Shown: piece after piece, positions 17,870 to 29,710 of the stretch
Layout: every line of letters starts with the position of its first letter
Position numbering within the stretch: position 1 is the first letter of the stretch
DNA from: Polyangiales bacterium
Lineage (GTDB): Bacteria; Myxococcota_A; Polyangia; Polyangiales; Ga0077539
Assembly (NCBI GenBank): GCA_044229975.1
Contig: JBGARZ010000001.1
Span: 928,001 to 992,000, forward strand
DNA length: 64,000 nt
Direction of reading: 5' to 3'
Translations under genes and position numbers: made by a program
The notes under the pieces: generated by a model
Database searches by the model: none
What the model was told of the DNA's origin: nothing
Seen by the model: only the letters and a program-made list of their open reading frames with translations

Positions 17870-18006
17870 AGGGGCAGCGCTTGTATCCCCATCGGCGCTC
17901 CGACTCAAAGGTCGCTCGCGACGCATTCCCGCAATCGACGGTTGCCAACGCCCGCGCGATCGGGTTAGGACGCCGTCCGTCCGAGGGAGAGATCCTGAAG
18001 ATCACA

Positions 18007-18089
18007 TGGCCCGGCTGACCGATGGCTCGTGAACCCCGCCAGGTCGGAAACGAAGCAACGGTAGCGTAGATCGCGGTGCAGCCGGGCCA
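18007..18089 (+). ncRNA. ffs: Signal recognition particle RNA (conserved S-domain core)
   Basis: Helix 8 signature GAACC.CGCCAGG-TCG-GAAA-CGA-AGCAACGG closed by TGGCCCGGCTG/CAGCCGGGCCA; intergenic location. Confidence 0.9.
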
Positions 18090-18203
18090 CCCTCTCCTTC
18101 CAGCCGTCTCAGTCCCTCCACCCGGGACGACGGAGAAGGGAGACGGCCCGTGGCGGCAAGTCCGCCGTCCCCAACGACCTCAGCTCGTGCACAATGCGCG
18201 CGC

Positions 18204-18686
18204 ATGAGCGACCGGACCGTGGTCACCCTCAAGGAGACCGTTCACGTCGAGTACTGCACCGCGCGCGGTGTGGTCTCCCGCGGCGAGCTCTTCCTCCGAC
18301 CGCTCGACGCCAACACGCGCGGCGAGCGACTCATGGACGTGCTCTCCGAGCGAACGTTCATCCCGCTGCGCTCTGCAGAGGGCTTGGTGTTCCTGGCGAC
18401 GAAGCACCTCGCGTGGGTGCGCCTCGACCTCTTCGCCGCGCTCGACGAGCTCGACCCCGAGGCCGAGGACGACGTCGACTCGGTGGTCGCCCGCGTGGTG
18501 GTCGAGCTCGCGCAGGGCGCGGCCCTCGAAGGCACGCTCCGCTTCGCGCTGCCCGCCATGACCCGGCGACTCGGCGACTACCTGGAGCGCGTCTCGCCCT
18601 TCTTCCCGCTGCGCACCGACGACTGGATCTACCTCGTGAGCGCCGCGCAGGTGGCGTCAATCACCCCGCTCTCGGAGGGGCGCTGA
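18204..18686 (+). CDS. Hypothetical protein (two tandem DUF6812-like beta domains)
   Basis: Repeated motif G.L...RL.D.L....F.PL; ends 1 nt before pilT. Confidence 0.6.
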   Translation: MSDRTVVTLKETVHVEYCTARGVVSRGELFLRPLDANTRGERLMDVLSERTFIPLRSAEGLVFLATKHLAWVRLDLFAALDELDPEAEDDVDSVVARVVVELAQGAALEGTLRFALPAMTRRLGDYLERVSPFFPLRTDDWIYLVSAAQVASITPLSEGR

Positions 18687-18687
18687 C

Positions 18688-20217
18688 ATGGTCCGTCACA
18701 TCGACCGCTTCATCGCCGCCATGCGCCGCGAAGACGCCGAGGAGCTGGTGTTTGCCTCGGGCGAACCCGTGCGCGTCCGCAACGGCGACCACGTCCGCGT
18801 GGTGCTCGCGCAGGCCGTGCGGTCCGATCAGATCCTGGCCATCACGGCGGAGTTCGCGCCGCCCGAGGTGACCGAGGGGCTCACCGCCGACGGCGAGGTG
18901 ACCTTCGACTTCGACGCGCTCGGCGGCCCCGTGGTCGCGCGCTGCTGCTGTCGCGATGGGCTACTGGAGGTTGTTCTCCGTGAGCAGCATCAGCTCGAAG
19001 AGCTGGAGGTGATGCCGTCGCTCCCGCCGCCGCCCGAAGACCTGCCCGACGACTCGCGCACCGATCAGCCGCCACCGGACGAGGACGAGTTCGCGGCGTC
19101 GCCGATGGAGCGCACGGTGCAGCTCGTCATCGACGGGCCGCGCATCGACGGCCTGCTGCGAACGCTCGCCGACCTGCGCGCCTCGGACCTCCACCTCACG
19201 GCCGGGATGCAGCCGCGCATCCGCCTCGACGGCGACATGCAGCTCCTGCCGGGCGCCGACGAGCAGGTGCTCACGGGCGACGCCATCCGCGCGCTGCTCA
19301 TGGAGATCGCGCCCGCCGACGCGCAGCAGCGCTTCGAGCAGACCAAGGACACCGACTTCGCCTACGAGATCACCGGCGTGGCGCGCTTCCGCGTGAACAT
19401 GTTCCGCGACCGGCGGGGCGTGAGCGGGGTGCTGCGGGTGATTCCGCCGCGCATCCAGAGCGCCGATGAGCTCGGGCTGCCCTCGGCGGTGCGCGACTTC
19501 TGCGGGCTCACCAAGGGGCTCGTGCTGGTGACGGGGCCGACCGGGTCGGGCAAGTCCACGACGCTCGCCGCGATGATCGACCTCATCAACCAGTCGCGGC
19601 CCGACCACATCATCACGATCGAAGACCCGGTGGAGTTCGTCCACGAGTCCAAGAGCTGCCTGGTCAACCAGCGCGAGGTGCACGCCGACACGCGCAGCTT
19701 CGCGTCGGCGCTGCGGGCCGCCCTGCGCGAAGACCCGGACATCGTGCTGGTGGGCGAGCTGCGCGACCTGGAGACGACGTCCATCGCCATCGAGACGGCG
19801 GAGACGGGTCACCTCGTCTTCGGAACGCTCCACACCAACACGGCCATCAGCACCATCGATCGCATCATCGATCAGTTTCCGGCCGATCGGCAGGGGCAGA
19901 TCAGGGCGATGCTGGCGGTGTCGCTGCGCGGGGTCATCGCGCAGACGCTGTGCAAGCGCGTGGGCGGCGGGCGCGTCGCGGCGATGGAGGTGCTGGTCTC
20001 GTCGCACGCGGTCGCCAACATCATCCGCGAGGCGAAGACCTACCAGCTCACCTCGCTCATGCAGACCCAGCGCGCGCAGGGCAACCAGACCATGAACGAC
20101 GCGCTCCTCAAGCTCGTCGTGGACGGCGTGGTGAGCCCGCAGGAGGCGCTGACCAAGGCCGTCGACCGACAGGCGCTGCGCGGCATGATCGAGCGGGAGA
20201 CGGCGCCCGCGACCTGA
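18688..20217 (+). CDS. pilT: PilT/PilU family type IV pilus retraction ATPase with N-terminal extension
   Basis: ASDLHL, RFRVNMF, GPTGSGKSTT, TIEDPVE, LREDPD, ETGHLVFGTLHT, AVANIIRE (AIRNLIRE-like). Confidence 0.9.
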   Translation: MVRHIDRFIAAMRREDAEELVFASGEPVRVRNGDHVRVVLAQAVRSDQILAITAEFAPPEVTEGLTADGEVTFDFDALGGPVVARCCCRDGLLEVVLREQHQLEELEVMPSLPPPPEDLPDDSRTDQPPPDEDEFAASPMERTVQLVIDGPRIDGLLRTLADLRASDLHLTAGMQPRIRLDGDMQLLPGADEQVLTGDAIRALLMEIAPADAQQRFEQTKDTDFAYEITGVARFRVNMFRDRRGVSGVLRVIPPRIQSADELGLPSAVRDFCGLTKGLVLVTGPTGSGKSTTLAAMIDLINQSRPDHIITIEDPVEFVHESKSCLVNQREVHADTRSFASALRAALREDPDIVLVGELRDLETTSIAIETAETGHLVFGTLHTNTAISTIDRIIDQFPADRQGQIRAMLAVSLRGVIAQTLCKRVGGGRVAAMEVLVSSHAVANIIREAKTYQLTSLMQTQRAQGNQTMNDALLKLVVDGVVSPQEALTKAVDRQALRGMIERETAPAT

Positions 20218-20243
20218 GCGGCTTCGCTGTACCGTAGCGAGCG

Positions 20244-22116
<1,873 letters not shown>

Positions 22117-22127
<11 letters not shown>

Positions 22128-23136
22128 CCGCGACCTCGCCCTTCGAGACCGCGTCGACCCCGCCGCGCGCCTCGGCCCACGTCGCGAGCGAGCGCATCCC
22201 CTCCTCCACCGTCACCACCGGCGTCCACCCGAGCTCCTTGCGGGCGCGCTGCACGTTGAAGTACGCGCCCAGTCCGAGCCGCGACACCTCCGCCCGCCAG
22301 CACCCGGTGTCGCTGCCGGAGCGCTCGGCCCACCAGCCCAGCGCGTCGGCCGCCCAGTACGGCAGGCTCGACGCGACCACCTTCCCGCCGCCCGCCGCGG
22401 CCACCGCGCGCGTCACGAACTCCCGCGCCGTCACCCGCTCGTCGTCGGTCACGTAGTAGGTGCCCCACGCGCCCTTCTCCGTCGTCAGCGCACGCACCAT
22501 CGCGTCGACCACGCTCTCCACGTGGCTCGTCGGAACCATCGGCCGCCCCGCCTCGACCCACCGAAAGGTGCCCGCGCGCACGCGCCGCAGCACGTCCGGC
22601 AGCCACCGCGTGTCGTCGGCGCCCCACAGGATGCCCGGCCGGATGCACACCGTAGAGAAGCGCTCCGCGCCCGCCGCCATCACCAGCTCTTCGGCGAGCG
22701 CGAGCGCGTGGGCCGACGGGTCGCGGTACCGCTGCGGCGCCGGAAACTCCTCGTCGACGTAGCTCCGCGCGAGCGTTCCGCGCGTCACCGACTCGCTCGA
22801 CCGGAACACCAGCCGCCGCACCCCGAGCGACTCCGCCGCGCGCAGGACGTTCTCCGCGCCGACGAGGTTCACCGCCTCGGCCTCGGCGCGCGCGACCCGC
22901 GGGCCCACCTGGGCGCAGTGCACCACCGCCTCCATGCCGCGCACCGCCGCGCGCACCGCCGCGTCGTCGGTCACCGCCCCGATGCGCTCGACCACGCCCA
23001 GCGACCGCAGCCGCTCGCGCGCCCCGGGGTCGCCTGCCGCCCGCGTGAGCGCCGTCACCCGATGACCCTCGCGCACCAGCCGCGCGGCGAGATTTCGTCC
23101 CAAAAACCCCGTCGCGCCGGTGACCAGAATCTCCAC
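22117..23136 (-). CDS. NAD-dependent epimerase/dehydratase (3-beta-HSD-like)
   Basis: ILVTGATGFLG, VVHCA, IRPGILWG, ARKELGW; catalytic YxxxK appears degenerate. Confidence 0.85.
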
Positions 23137-23186
23137 GCGCGGAGTGTGTACCAGCGCGCCGGTCGGACGAAGTATCTTCCGCGGCC

Positions 23187-24110
23187 ATGCAGCAACCCCA
23201 TCGGTCGACGCAGGGCGCGAGCGATCTGGTGCTCCCCTTCTGGCAGGCGATCCCGGAGGGCGTGCGCCTCATCCTCGTCGCCGGGCTGCGCATCGCCATC
23301 GCCCTCCTCATCGCCCGCGCGCTGCTGAAACTCGTGCCGCGCCTGGAGAAGTTCATCACCAGGCGCGCCACGCGTGGGGTCACCAACGACTCGCTCGCCA
23401 CGGCGTCGATGATCCAGGAGAGCCAGCGCACCGAGACCCTCGTGCGGGTGTCGGGCTCGGTCGCGCGCGCCTTCGTCTACGCCTCGACGACGGTGACGGT
23501 GCTCGCCAGCGTGGGCCTCGACATCACGCCGGTGCTCGCCGGCGCCGGCATCGCGGGCGTGGCCGTCGGCTTCGGCGCGCAGGCCATCGTGAAGGACTTC
23601 TTCGGCGGCTTCTTCATCCTCATGGAGAACCAGTACGCGGTGGGCGACACCGTCACCATCGGCGCCATCACCGGCACCGTCGAGGAGATGACCATGCGCG
23701 TCACCGTGCTCCGCGACGCCACCGGCCCGCTGCACTTCATCCCCAACGGTGGCATCGGAACGGTCACCAACCGCACCCACTCCTGGCAGCGCGCCATTGT
23801 AGAAGTGAGCTCGCCGTGGAGCGTTCCCGTGGAGCGCGCCCGCAGCGCACTTCTGGCCGCGGTGCAGCCCCTCGTCGACGACCCGTCGAAGCACAACCTC
23901 CGCAGCCCGGTGGAGCTCGAAGGCCCGCTCGACTTCAACGGCGAGCGAGTCACGTGGCGCCTCTCCGCGCGCTGCGAACCCAAGAAGCTCCCGCTCGCCC
24001 GAGGCGCCATCCTCGACGCGCTCCAGCGGGCCCTCCCCCGCAGCGGCGACATCGAGCGCCCCGACTGGTCGAAGGTGCGCGACGAGGGTGGTCAGTCCGG
24101 CCCCGGTTGA
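23187..24110 (+). CDS. MscS family mechanosensitive channel
   Basis: LAGAGIAGVAVGFGAQ..KDFFGG, ENQYAVGD, G.LHFIPNG. Confidence 0.9.
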   Translation: MQQPHRSTQGASDLVLPFWQAIPEGVRLILVAGLRIAIALLIARALLKLVPRLEKFITRRATRGVTNDSLATASMIQESQRTETLVRVSGSVARAFVYASTTVTVLASVGLDITPVLAGAGIAGVAVGFGAQAIVKDFFGGFFILMENQYAVGDTVTIGAITGTVEEMTMRVTVLRDATGPLHFIPNGGIGTVTNRTHSWQRAIVEVSSPWSVPVERARSALLAAVQPLVDDPSKHNLRSPVELEGPLDFNGERVTWRLSARCEPKKLPLARGAILDALQRALPRSGDIERPDWSKVRDEGGQSGPG

Positions 24111-24134
24111 CGCCGTGCGCTCGCGCGCGGTGAA

Positions 24135-25829
24135 GTGTCCCCTGCCGTGTCCGCCCTGCTACGACCGCTCGCCCTGCTGATCGTTCTTGCCGGGTGCACG
24201 GGGCTCGTGGGCGACCGTCCGCCGCCGAGCGCCAACGCCGTCACGCCGCCGGTCGTCACGCCGACACCCGACGCGGGCAACACGCATCCCGACCCGGTGG
24301 TGCTCCCGCCTTTCGCCCCGGCGGGAACGGTGCTCGCTTCGCTCACCACCACGCAGTACCGCAACGCCGCGAGCGACCTCCTCGGCGCGGGCCTGCCCGA
24401 CGTGGCGCTGGAGCCCGACACCAACCCCTATCTCTTCACCGCCATCGGCGCCGCGCGAAGCACCGCCGCCGAGCGCACCGTGCGTGCGTGGGAAGCCGCC
24501 TCACACCGGCTCACCGAGGCAACCTTCGCCGTCCCCGAGCGCCGCGTCGCGCTGGTGGGCTGCACCCCGACCGCGCCCGATGCGCCCTGCGTGCGGACGT
24601 ACTTCGAGCGCTTCCTGCGCCGCGCGTGGCGACGCCCCGCCACCACCGAAGAGCTCGATCGCTTCGTCGCGCTCTGCCGTCGCCTCGGCGCCCGCGACGT
24701 CTGGACCGGGCTCCGCTACGCCACCGCGGCGGCGCTCCAATCACCGAGCTTCCTCTACCGCATCGAGCTCGGCGCCCCCGTCGTCGGCACGCCCGGTCAA
24801 CGCCGTTACACCGCCTACGAGATGGCCTCACGCCTCGCGTTCACCCTCTGGAACTCCGTTCCCGACGACGCCCTCCTCGACGCCGCCGCGCGCGGAGTGC
24901 TCGACCAGCCCGACACCCTTCGCACCGAGGCCCGTCGCCTTCTGCGCAACCCGCGCGCCCGCAACGCCGTGCGAGCGTTCTTCGTGCAGTACCTCGGCCT
25001 CGGCGGACTCGATGGGCTCGCGCGCGACCGGACGCTCTACCCCGACGTCACGCCCGCGCTCACAGCCTCCATGCGCGAGGAGGTCGAGCGCCTCGTCGAG
25101 GACGTCGTCTTCACCCACGACGGGGATTTCCGCGCGGTGTTTTCGGGCGACAGCACCTTCCTCGATACGCGCCTCGCGACCCTCTACGGGATCACGCTCC
25201 CGGCCGGTACCGTGGGCTTCAACCGCGTAGAGCTCCCGGCCCACAGCGGGCGCGGCAGCCTGCTCACCACCGCCGCACTTCTCGCCGTGACCGCGCACCC
25301 CAACGCCACCTCGCCCACGGCCCGCGGTCGCTACGTGCGCGAGCGCCTGCTGTGCGAACGCGTTCCCGATCCCCCGATGAACGTCCCGCTCAACCTCGAC
25401 GCGGGCGACAGCGGCGCGATGCCCACGCTCCGTGAGCGCCTCGAACGCCACCGCCGCGACCCCAACTGCGCGGGCTGCCACCTCCGCACCGATCCCGTTG
25501 GCCTCGGCTTCGAGGACTTCGACGCCATCGGTCGACGCCGCACCATGGAGGCCGGTCGCCCGGTCGACGCGCGCGGCGACCTCGACGGGGTGAGCTTCGT
25601 CGGCGCGAGGGCGCTCGGGGAGATCCTCGCGCGTGACCCGCGGGTGGCCTCGTGCGTCGTTCGGCAGGTGTACCGCTACGCGACGGCGCGGCTGGAGACC
25701 GAAGGCGAAGCCCGCGTGCTCGCCGACCTCGAAGAGCGCTTCGCCGCGCGCAACTACCGCTTCCTGGAGCTGCTGGTCGAGCTCGTGGCGAGCGAGGGCT
25801 TTCGCACCGTCGCCGACGGGGGGAGATAG
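24135..25829 (+). CDS. DUF1587/1595/1592/1588/1585 domain lipoprotein with c-type heme motif
   Basis: LAGC lipobox; LTTTQYRN; RAWRRP; SPSFLYR; EMASRLAFTLW..PD; TSPTARG; CAGCH; FEDFDAIG. Confidence 0.88.
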   Translation: MSPAVSALLRPLALLIVLAGCTGLVGDRPPPSANAVTPPVVTPTPDAGNTHPDPVVLPPFAPAGTVLASLTTTQYRNAASDLLGAGLPDVALEPDTNPYLFTAIGAARSTAAERTVRAWEAASHRLTEATFAVPERRVALVGCTPTAPDAPCVRTYFERFLRRAWRRPATTEELDRFVALCRRLGARDVWTGLRYATAAALQSPSFLYRIELGAPVVGTPGQRRYTAYEMASRLAFTLWNSVPDDALLDAAARGVLDQPDTLRTEARRLLRNPRARNAVRAFFVQYLGLGGLDGLARDRTLYPDVTPALTASMREEVERLVEDVVFTHDGDFRAVFSGDSTFLDTRLATLYGITLPAGTVGFNRVELPAHSGRGSLLTTAALLAVTAHPNATSPTARGRYVRERLLCERVPDPPMNVPLNLDAGDSGAMPTLRERLERHRRDPNCAGCHLRTDPVGLGFEDFDAIGRRRTMEAGRPVDARGDLDGVSFVGARALGEILARDPRVASCVVRQVYRYATARLETEGEARVLADLEERFAARNYRFLELLVELVASEGFRTVADGGR

Positions 25830-25837
25830 AGGTCCCG

Positions 25838-27223
25838 ATGCCCCGCACGCTCTCCCGACGAACGCTCCTGCGCGGCATGCTCGGCGGTTCACTCGTCTCG
25901 CTCGCCCTGCCGCCGCTGGAGGCAATGCTCAACTCCCACGGTGAGGCGTGGGCCGACGAGCCCGGTCCCATCCGCCGCTACGGCGTCTTCTTCTGGGGCA
26001 ACGGCTACGCCTGGAACACCCGCGGCCGCCCCGACCGCTGGACCCCGACGCCGGGCCCGATGGGATGGACCCCGTCCGATCAGCTCGCGCCGCTCGGCCC
26101 CGATGGTGCGGGTCGCACGATGACCCACCGCGTGAGCGTCGTCACGGGCCTCGAACCCAAGACGGCCATCCCGGATTCGCCCGGCGGACAGGGCGACGGG
26201 CACATGCGCGGCGTGGCCGTGGCGCTCTCGGGCGACCGTCCACGCTCGGAGGGGTTCCACCACCCCGACCACATCTTCGCGCTCAACCGCCCGACGCTCG
26301 ATCAGGTCATCGCGCGGCACCCGCGCTTCTACACGTCGGCTCCGCGCTTCCGCTCGCTGGAGCTGTCGGTGAGCGCCAACCGCTTCCACGACTACGGCAC
26401 CTGGACGGCCATCTCCTACAACGGCCAGGAGTCGCAGAACCTCCCCATCCGCTCGGTCGACGCCCTCTTCGATCAGCTCTTCGCCGTGCGCTCGTCGGAC
26501 ACCGTCGACCGCGCCCTGCTCCTCGACGCCGTCGCCGACGACGCGCGACGTCTCCAGGGTCTCCTCGGCGCGAGCGACCGCATGCGCGTCGATGCGCATC
26601 TGGAGCACGTTCGCACGCTTCAGCGCGAGCTCACCGGGTCGCAGGCTGCGTGCGGCATGCCCTCGCGCCCGACGCGCGGCGGAGGCTTCGACGGAACGCC
26701 CGGCAACGAGCCGCTCCTCGACAAGGTCGACGCCATGGCGCGGCTGCTCGCGCTCGCGTTGCAGTGCGACATGACCCGGGTGTTCTCGCTGATGTTCACG
26801 GGCCCCGGCTCGCAGACGGTCTTTCGCGACGTGGGCGCCACGACGGGTCTCCACCAGCTCTGCCACGACGAAAACTGGGAGCTGTCCCGCCGCGCCACCA
26901 TCTACTCGATGCAGTGCTTCCGGCGCGTGCTCGACATCCTCGCGGCGGCGCCCGACGTCGGCGGCGGCAGCGTGCTCGACAACCTGGTGCTGCTCGGCAC
27001 GAGCGAGTTCTCCGCGGGCGACATCCACGAGGTGGGTAACTTCCCGGTGCTCCTCGCGGGTGGTGGCTCTGGCGCGCTGCGACCGGGCGCGCACATCCAC
27101 ATGCCGTCGGGCAACCTCGCGAGCGTTCATCTGACCATCCAGCAGGCGCTCGGCCTCGGGGTGGACGCGTTTGGCTACAACGGCGGTGAGACCCGGGACG
27201 CCATCGCGCAGGTGCTGCGTTGA
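25838..27223 (+). CDS. DUF1552 domain protein (Tat-exported)
   Basis: LSRRTLLRG...LPPLEAM; TLDQVIA; SLEL; D.MRVDAHL; ALQCDMTRV; SVLDN; FPVLLAG. Confidence 0.88.
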   Translation: MPRTLSRRTLLRGMLGGSLVSLALPPLEAMLNSHGEAWADEPGPIRRYGVFFWGNGYAWNTRGRPDRWTPTPGPMGWTPSDQLAPLGPDGAGRTMTHRVSVVTGLEPKTAIPDSPGGQGDGHMRGVAVALSGDRPRSEGFHHPDHIFALNRPTLDQVIARHPRFYTSAPRFRSLELSVSANRFHDYGTWTAISYNGQESQNLPIRSVDALFDQLFAVRSSDTVDRALLLDAVADDARRLQGLLGASDRMRVDAHLEHVRTLQRELTGSQAACGMPSRPTRGGGFDGTPGNEPLLDKVDAMARLLALALQCDMTRVFSLMFTGPGSQTVFRDVGATTGLHQLCHDENWELSRRATIYSMQCFRRVLDILAAAPDVGGGSVLDNLVLLGTSEFSAGDIHEVGNFPVLLAGGGSGALRPGAHIHMPSGNLASVHLTIQQALGLGVDAFGYNGGETRDAIAQVLR

Positions 27224-28218
27224 CGGTGCGCCCGCTCGTCGCGACGCTGGCTTGCCTGCTCGCGGCCTGTAGCGAAGCGACCCCCGACATCGACGACGAC
27301 GCCGAGGTGGTCACTCCGAAAGAGGACGCGGCGGTCGACCGCGACGTGACGCCGCCCGAAGCGGGGACGGCCCGCTGCGCCTCGTGGAGCGACTGCGCGG
27401 GCAACCGCGAGCGCCCGAGCTGTGACGTGAGCGCGGGACGCTGCGTGGAGTGCCTCGTGAGCGACGACCGCTGCGCCCCCGCCGACCACTGCGAGGCGAG
27501 CACGCAGCGCTGCGCGCCCGGGTGCCGCAATGACGAGGGATGCGCCAACCCGACGCCCCGCTGCGACGTGGCGCGGCACCAGTGCGTGGCGTGCACGGCG
27601 ACAGCCCATTGCCCCGGCGGCGCGGCCTGCGTCGAGGGCCGCTGCGCCGCAACCGCGTGCCCCGAGGGACGGGGGGACTGCAACCGCAACCCGGCCGACG
27701 GGTGTGAGGTCGACCTCGCGCGCGACGAGGCCCACTGCGGTGCCTGCGGTCGGCGCGGCGCCGAGACGTGCAACCTCGCCGACGACAACTGCAACGGCGC
27801 GTGCGACGACCTCGACGGGTGCCGCGTGGGCATCCACCGCAGCAACGGCCCCGAGCACTTCTACACGGCCAGCCGCGAAGAGGCGCAGTGCTGCGGCTTC
27901 ACCGTGGAGACCTACGATTACTTCTTCCTGTATGCGGCGATGGCCCCCGGGACGGTCGCGCTCTACCGCTGCTACGGCGGCGGGCACCACTTCTACACGT
28001 CGCGCGAAGGCTGCGAGGGCGGCGGCGTCGTCGAGGGGGTCATCGGGTACATCGCGACGACGGCGGTGTGCGGGTCGGTTCCGCTGTACCGGATGCGGCA
28101 CCCGGGGTCGGGCGACAACTTCTACACCGTGAGCGCGGCCGAGCGCGGCAGCGCGGAGGGCCTCGGGTACACCTCCGTCGAGCTCGCGGGCTACGTCTGG
28201 ACGAGGCCCCGGGGATGA
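27220..28218 (+). CDS. Cys-rich lipoprotein with C-terminal DUF5648-like (HFYT) repeats
   Basis: LAAC lipobox, many Cys modules, three (H/N)FYT repeats with LYR motifs; TTGA overlap with upstream stop. Confidence 0.75.
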   Translation: MTVRPLVATLACLLAACSEATPDIDDDAEVVTPKEDAAVDRDVTPPEAGTARCASWSDCAGNRERPSCDVSAGRCVECLVSDDRCAPADHCEASTQRCAPGCRNDEGCANPTPRCDVARHQCVACTATAHCPGGAACVEGRCAATACPEGRGDCNRNPADGCEVDLARDEAHCGACGRRGAETCNLADDNCNGACDDLDGCRVGIHRSNGPEHFYTASREEAQCCGFTVETYDYFFLYAAMAPGTVALYRCYGGGHHFYTSREGCEGGGVVEGVIGYIATTAVCGSVPLYRMRHPGSGDNFYTVSAAERGSAEGLGYTSVELAGYVWTRPRG

Positions 28219-29069
28219 AGCTTCGCCTCGCCGCGGCGCTCGCCGTTGCCCTCGCGCCGCGCGTCACGCTCGCCCAGAGCGACGAGTCCGACCCGTACAC
28301 CATCGCCGCGCGAAGGGCCGCCGGGCAGACCGTCGAACCCGCCACGTCGCAGTCCATCCAGATGCAGGCGCTTGACGTCTCCGCCGGCGTTCGCCTCTCG
28401 CACCGCGCCCTTCGCTGGAACGACGATCTCTTCGGCGAACAGCGCCCCTACACGCTGCCGCTCGCCCCGTGGCTCACCGTCGACGCGGAGTGGTTTCCCG
28501 GCGCTCACTTCACCAACGGATGGCTCGCGAACCTCGGCGTGTACGCAGGCGTCGGCCTCGCGGTGGGCGTCACCTCCGAGGACACCATGGGCCGCGCCTA
28601 CGACACCTCGGCGCTCGACGTGCGAGCGGGCCTGCGCGGTCGCCTCCCGCTCGGGCGGCACGCGCTCTACGCGGGCCTGGGCTACGAGCTGCGGAGCTTC
28701 TCCCTCGCGCCGCCCGACGACCCCGATGACCCTGGCGTGCCCAGCGTCTCCTACGGATCGGCCACGCTCGACCTCGACGCGCGCGTCGGGCTCGCCACGG
28801 CGTTCACGCTCATCGCGGGTGTCTCCGGCGCGCTCCCGCTCGCCTTCGGCGACCTCGGCGAGCGGCTCTTCCCGGCGACCTCGGGCGGCGCCGTGGAGCT
28901 GCGCGCGGGCCTCGCGTGGGCCTTCCTCTCGCACTACGAGGTGCGCGCCGTCGCCTCCTACCGCCGCTATTTCCTCGCGATGAACCCCTCGCCCGGTGAT
29001 CGCTGGGTGGCGGGCGGCCTCGTCGATGAGTTCGTCTCCCTCTCGCTCTCGGTGGCCCTCCGTCGATGA
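28215..29069 (+). CDS. Putative outer-membrane beta-barrel protein
   Basis: Signal MKLRLAAALAVALAPRVTLAQ; alternating amphipathic strands; ATGA overlap. Confidence 0.6.
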   Translation: MKLRLAAALAVALAPRVTLAQSDESDPYTIAARRAAGQTVEPATSQSIQMQALDVSAGVRLSHRALRWNDDLFGEQRPYTLPLAPWLTVDAEWFPGAHFTNGWLANLGVYAGVGLAVGVTSEDTMGRAYDTSALDVRAGLRGRLPLGRHALYAGLGYELRSFSLAPPDDPDDPGVPSVSYGSATLDLDARVGLATAFTLIAGVSGALPLAFGDLGERLFPATSGGAVELRAGLAWAFLSHYEVRAVASYRRYFLAMNPSPGDRWVAGGLVDEFVSLSLSVALRR

Positions 29070-29587
29070 TCGCCCTCCGTCCCTCCCTCGCGGTCGTGCT
29101 CTGCGCTGTCGGTCTGCTCGGTTGCCCCGGCGCCATCGACGACCCCGCTCCCTTCATCGCCGCGCGCATGGACTCCGGGGCCCCGCCCGCCCGCTGCCCC
29201 GAAGGCGTCTCGGTCACGCGCGACCTCTTCATCCCCCACTGCGCGACCGCGGGCTGCCACGACAGCACCACGCAGCTCATCAACCTCGACCTCCAGTCCA
29301 CTGGGGTCGCGGCGCGGCTCATCGGGCGTCGCGCCGCCGCCTGCGGTCAGCGGACCCTCGCCGACCCCAACGACCCCGAGCGCAGCGTGCTGCTCCTCAA
29401 GCTCCGCGCGGCGCCCCCCTGCGGCGACCGCATGCCGCTCGGAACGCCGCCGCTCTCCAACGAAGAGATCGCGTGCGTGCGCGCCTGGATCATCCGCCGC
29501 GGCGAAGAGCCCGACGCCGGAACCCTGCCCGACGCCGCGACGTCGGCGCCCACCGACAGCGGCGTCACGGATGACCTCTCCCGATGA
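29066..29587 (+). CDS. Lipoprotein with atypical CxxxxCH heme-binding motif
   Basis: LLGC lipobox; CATAGCH; S.LLLKL...RMP...LS.EEI..V.AWI cytochrome c-like tail. Confidence 0.7.
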   Translation: MIALRPSLAVVLCAVGLLGCPGAIDDPAPFIAARMDSGAPPARCPEGVSVTRDLFIPHCATAGCHDSTTQLINLDLQSTGVAARLIGRRAAACGQRTLADPNDPERSVLLLKLRAAPPCGDRMPLGTPPLSNEEIACVRAWIIRRGEEPDAGTLPDAATSAPTDSGVTDDLSR

Positions 29588-29710
29588 CCCCGGTCGGCCG
29601 CTGCCACAGGCCCACTCGACGAACCCCGCGCCGATGCACTAGCGTCGGGCGTTCGCTCCGTCCCCCAACGGCGCGCACGTCCTACCATCACCCCCAATGA
29701 GGCCCCTCTG

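Noticed and set aside
17973..18133. 6S RNA or riboswitch
   Set aside because: The apical loop carries the SRP helix-8 signature, which explains the element.
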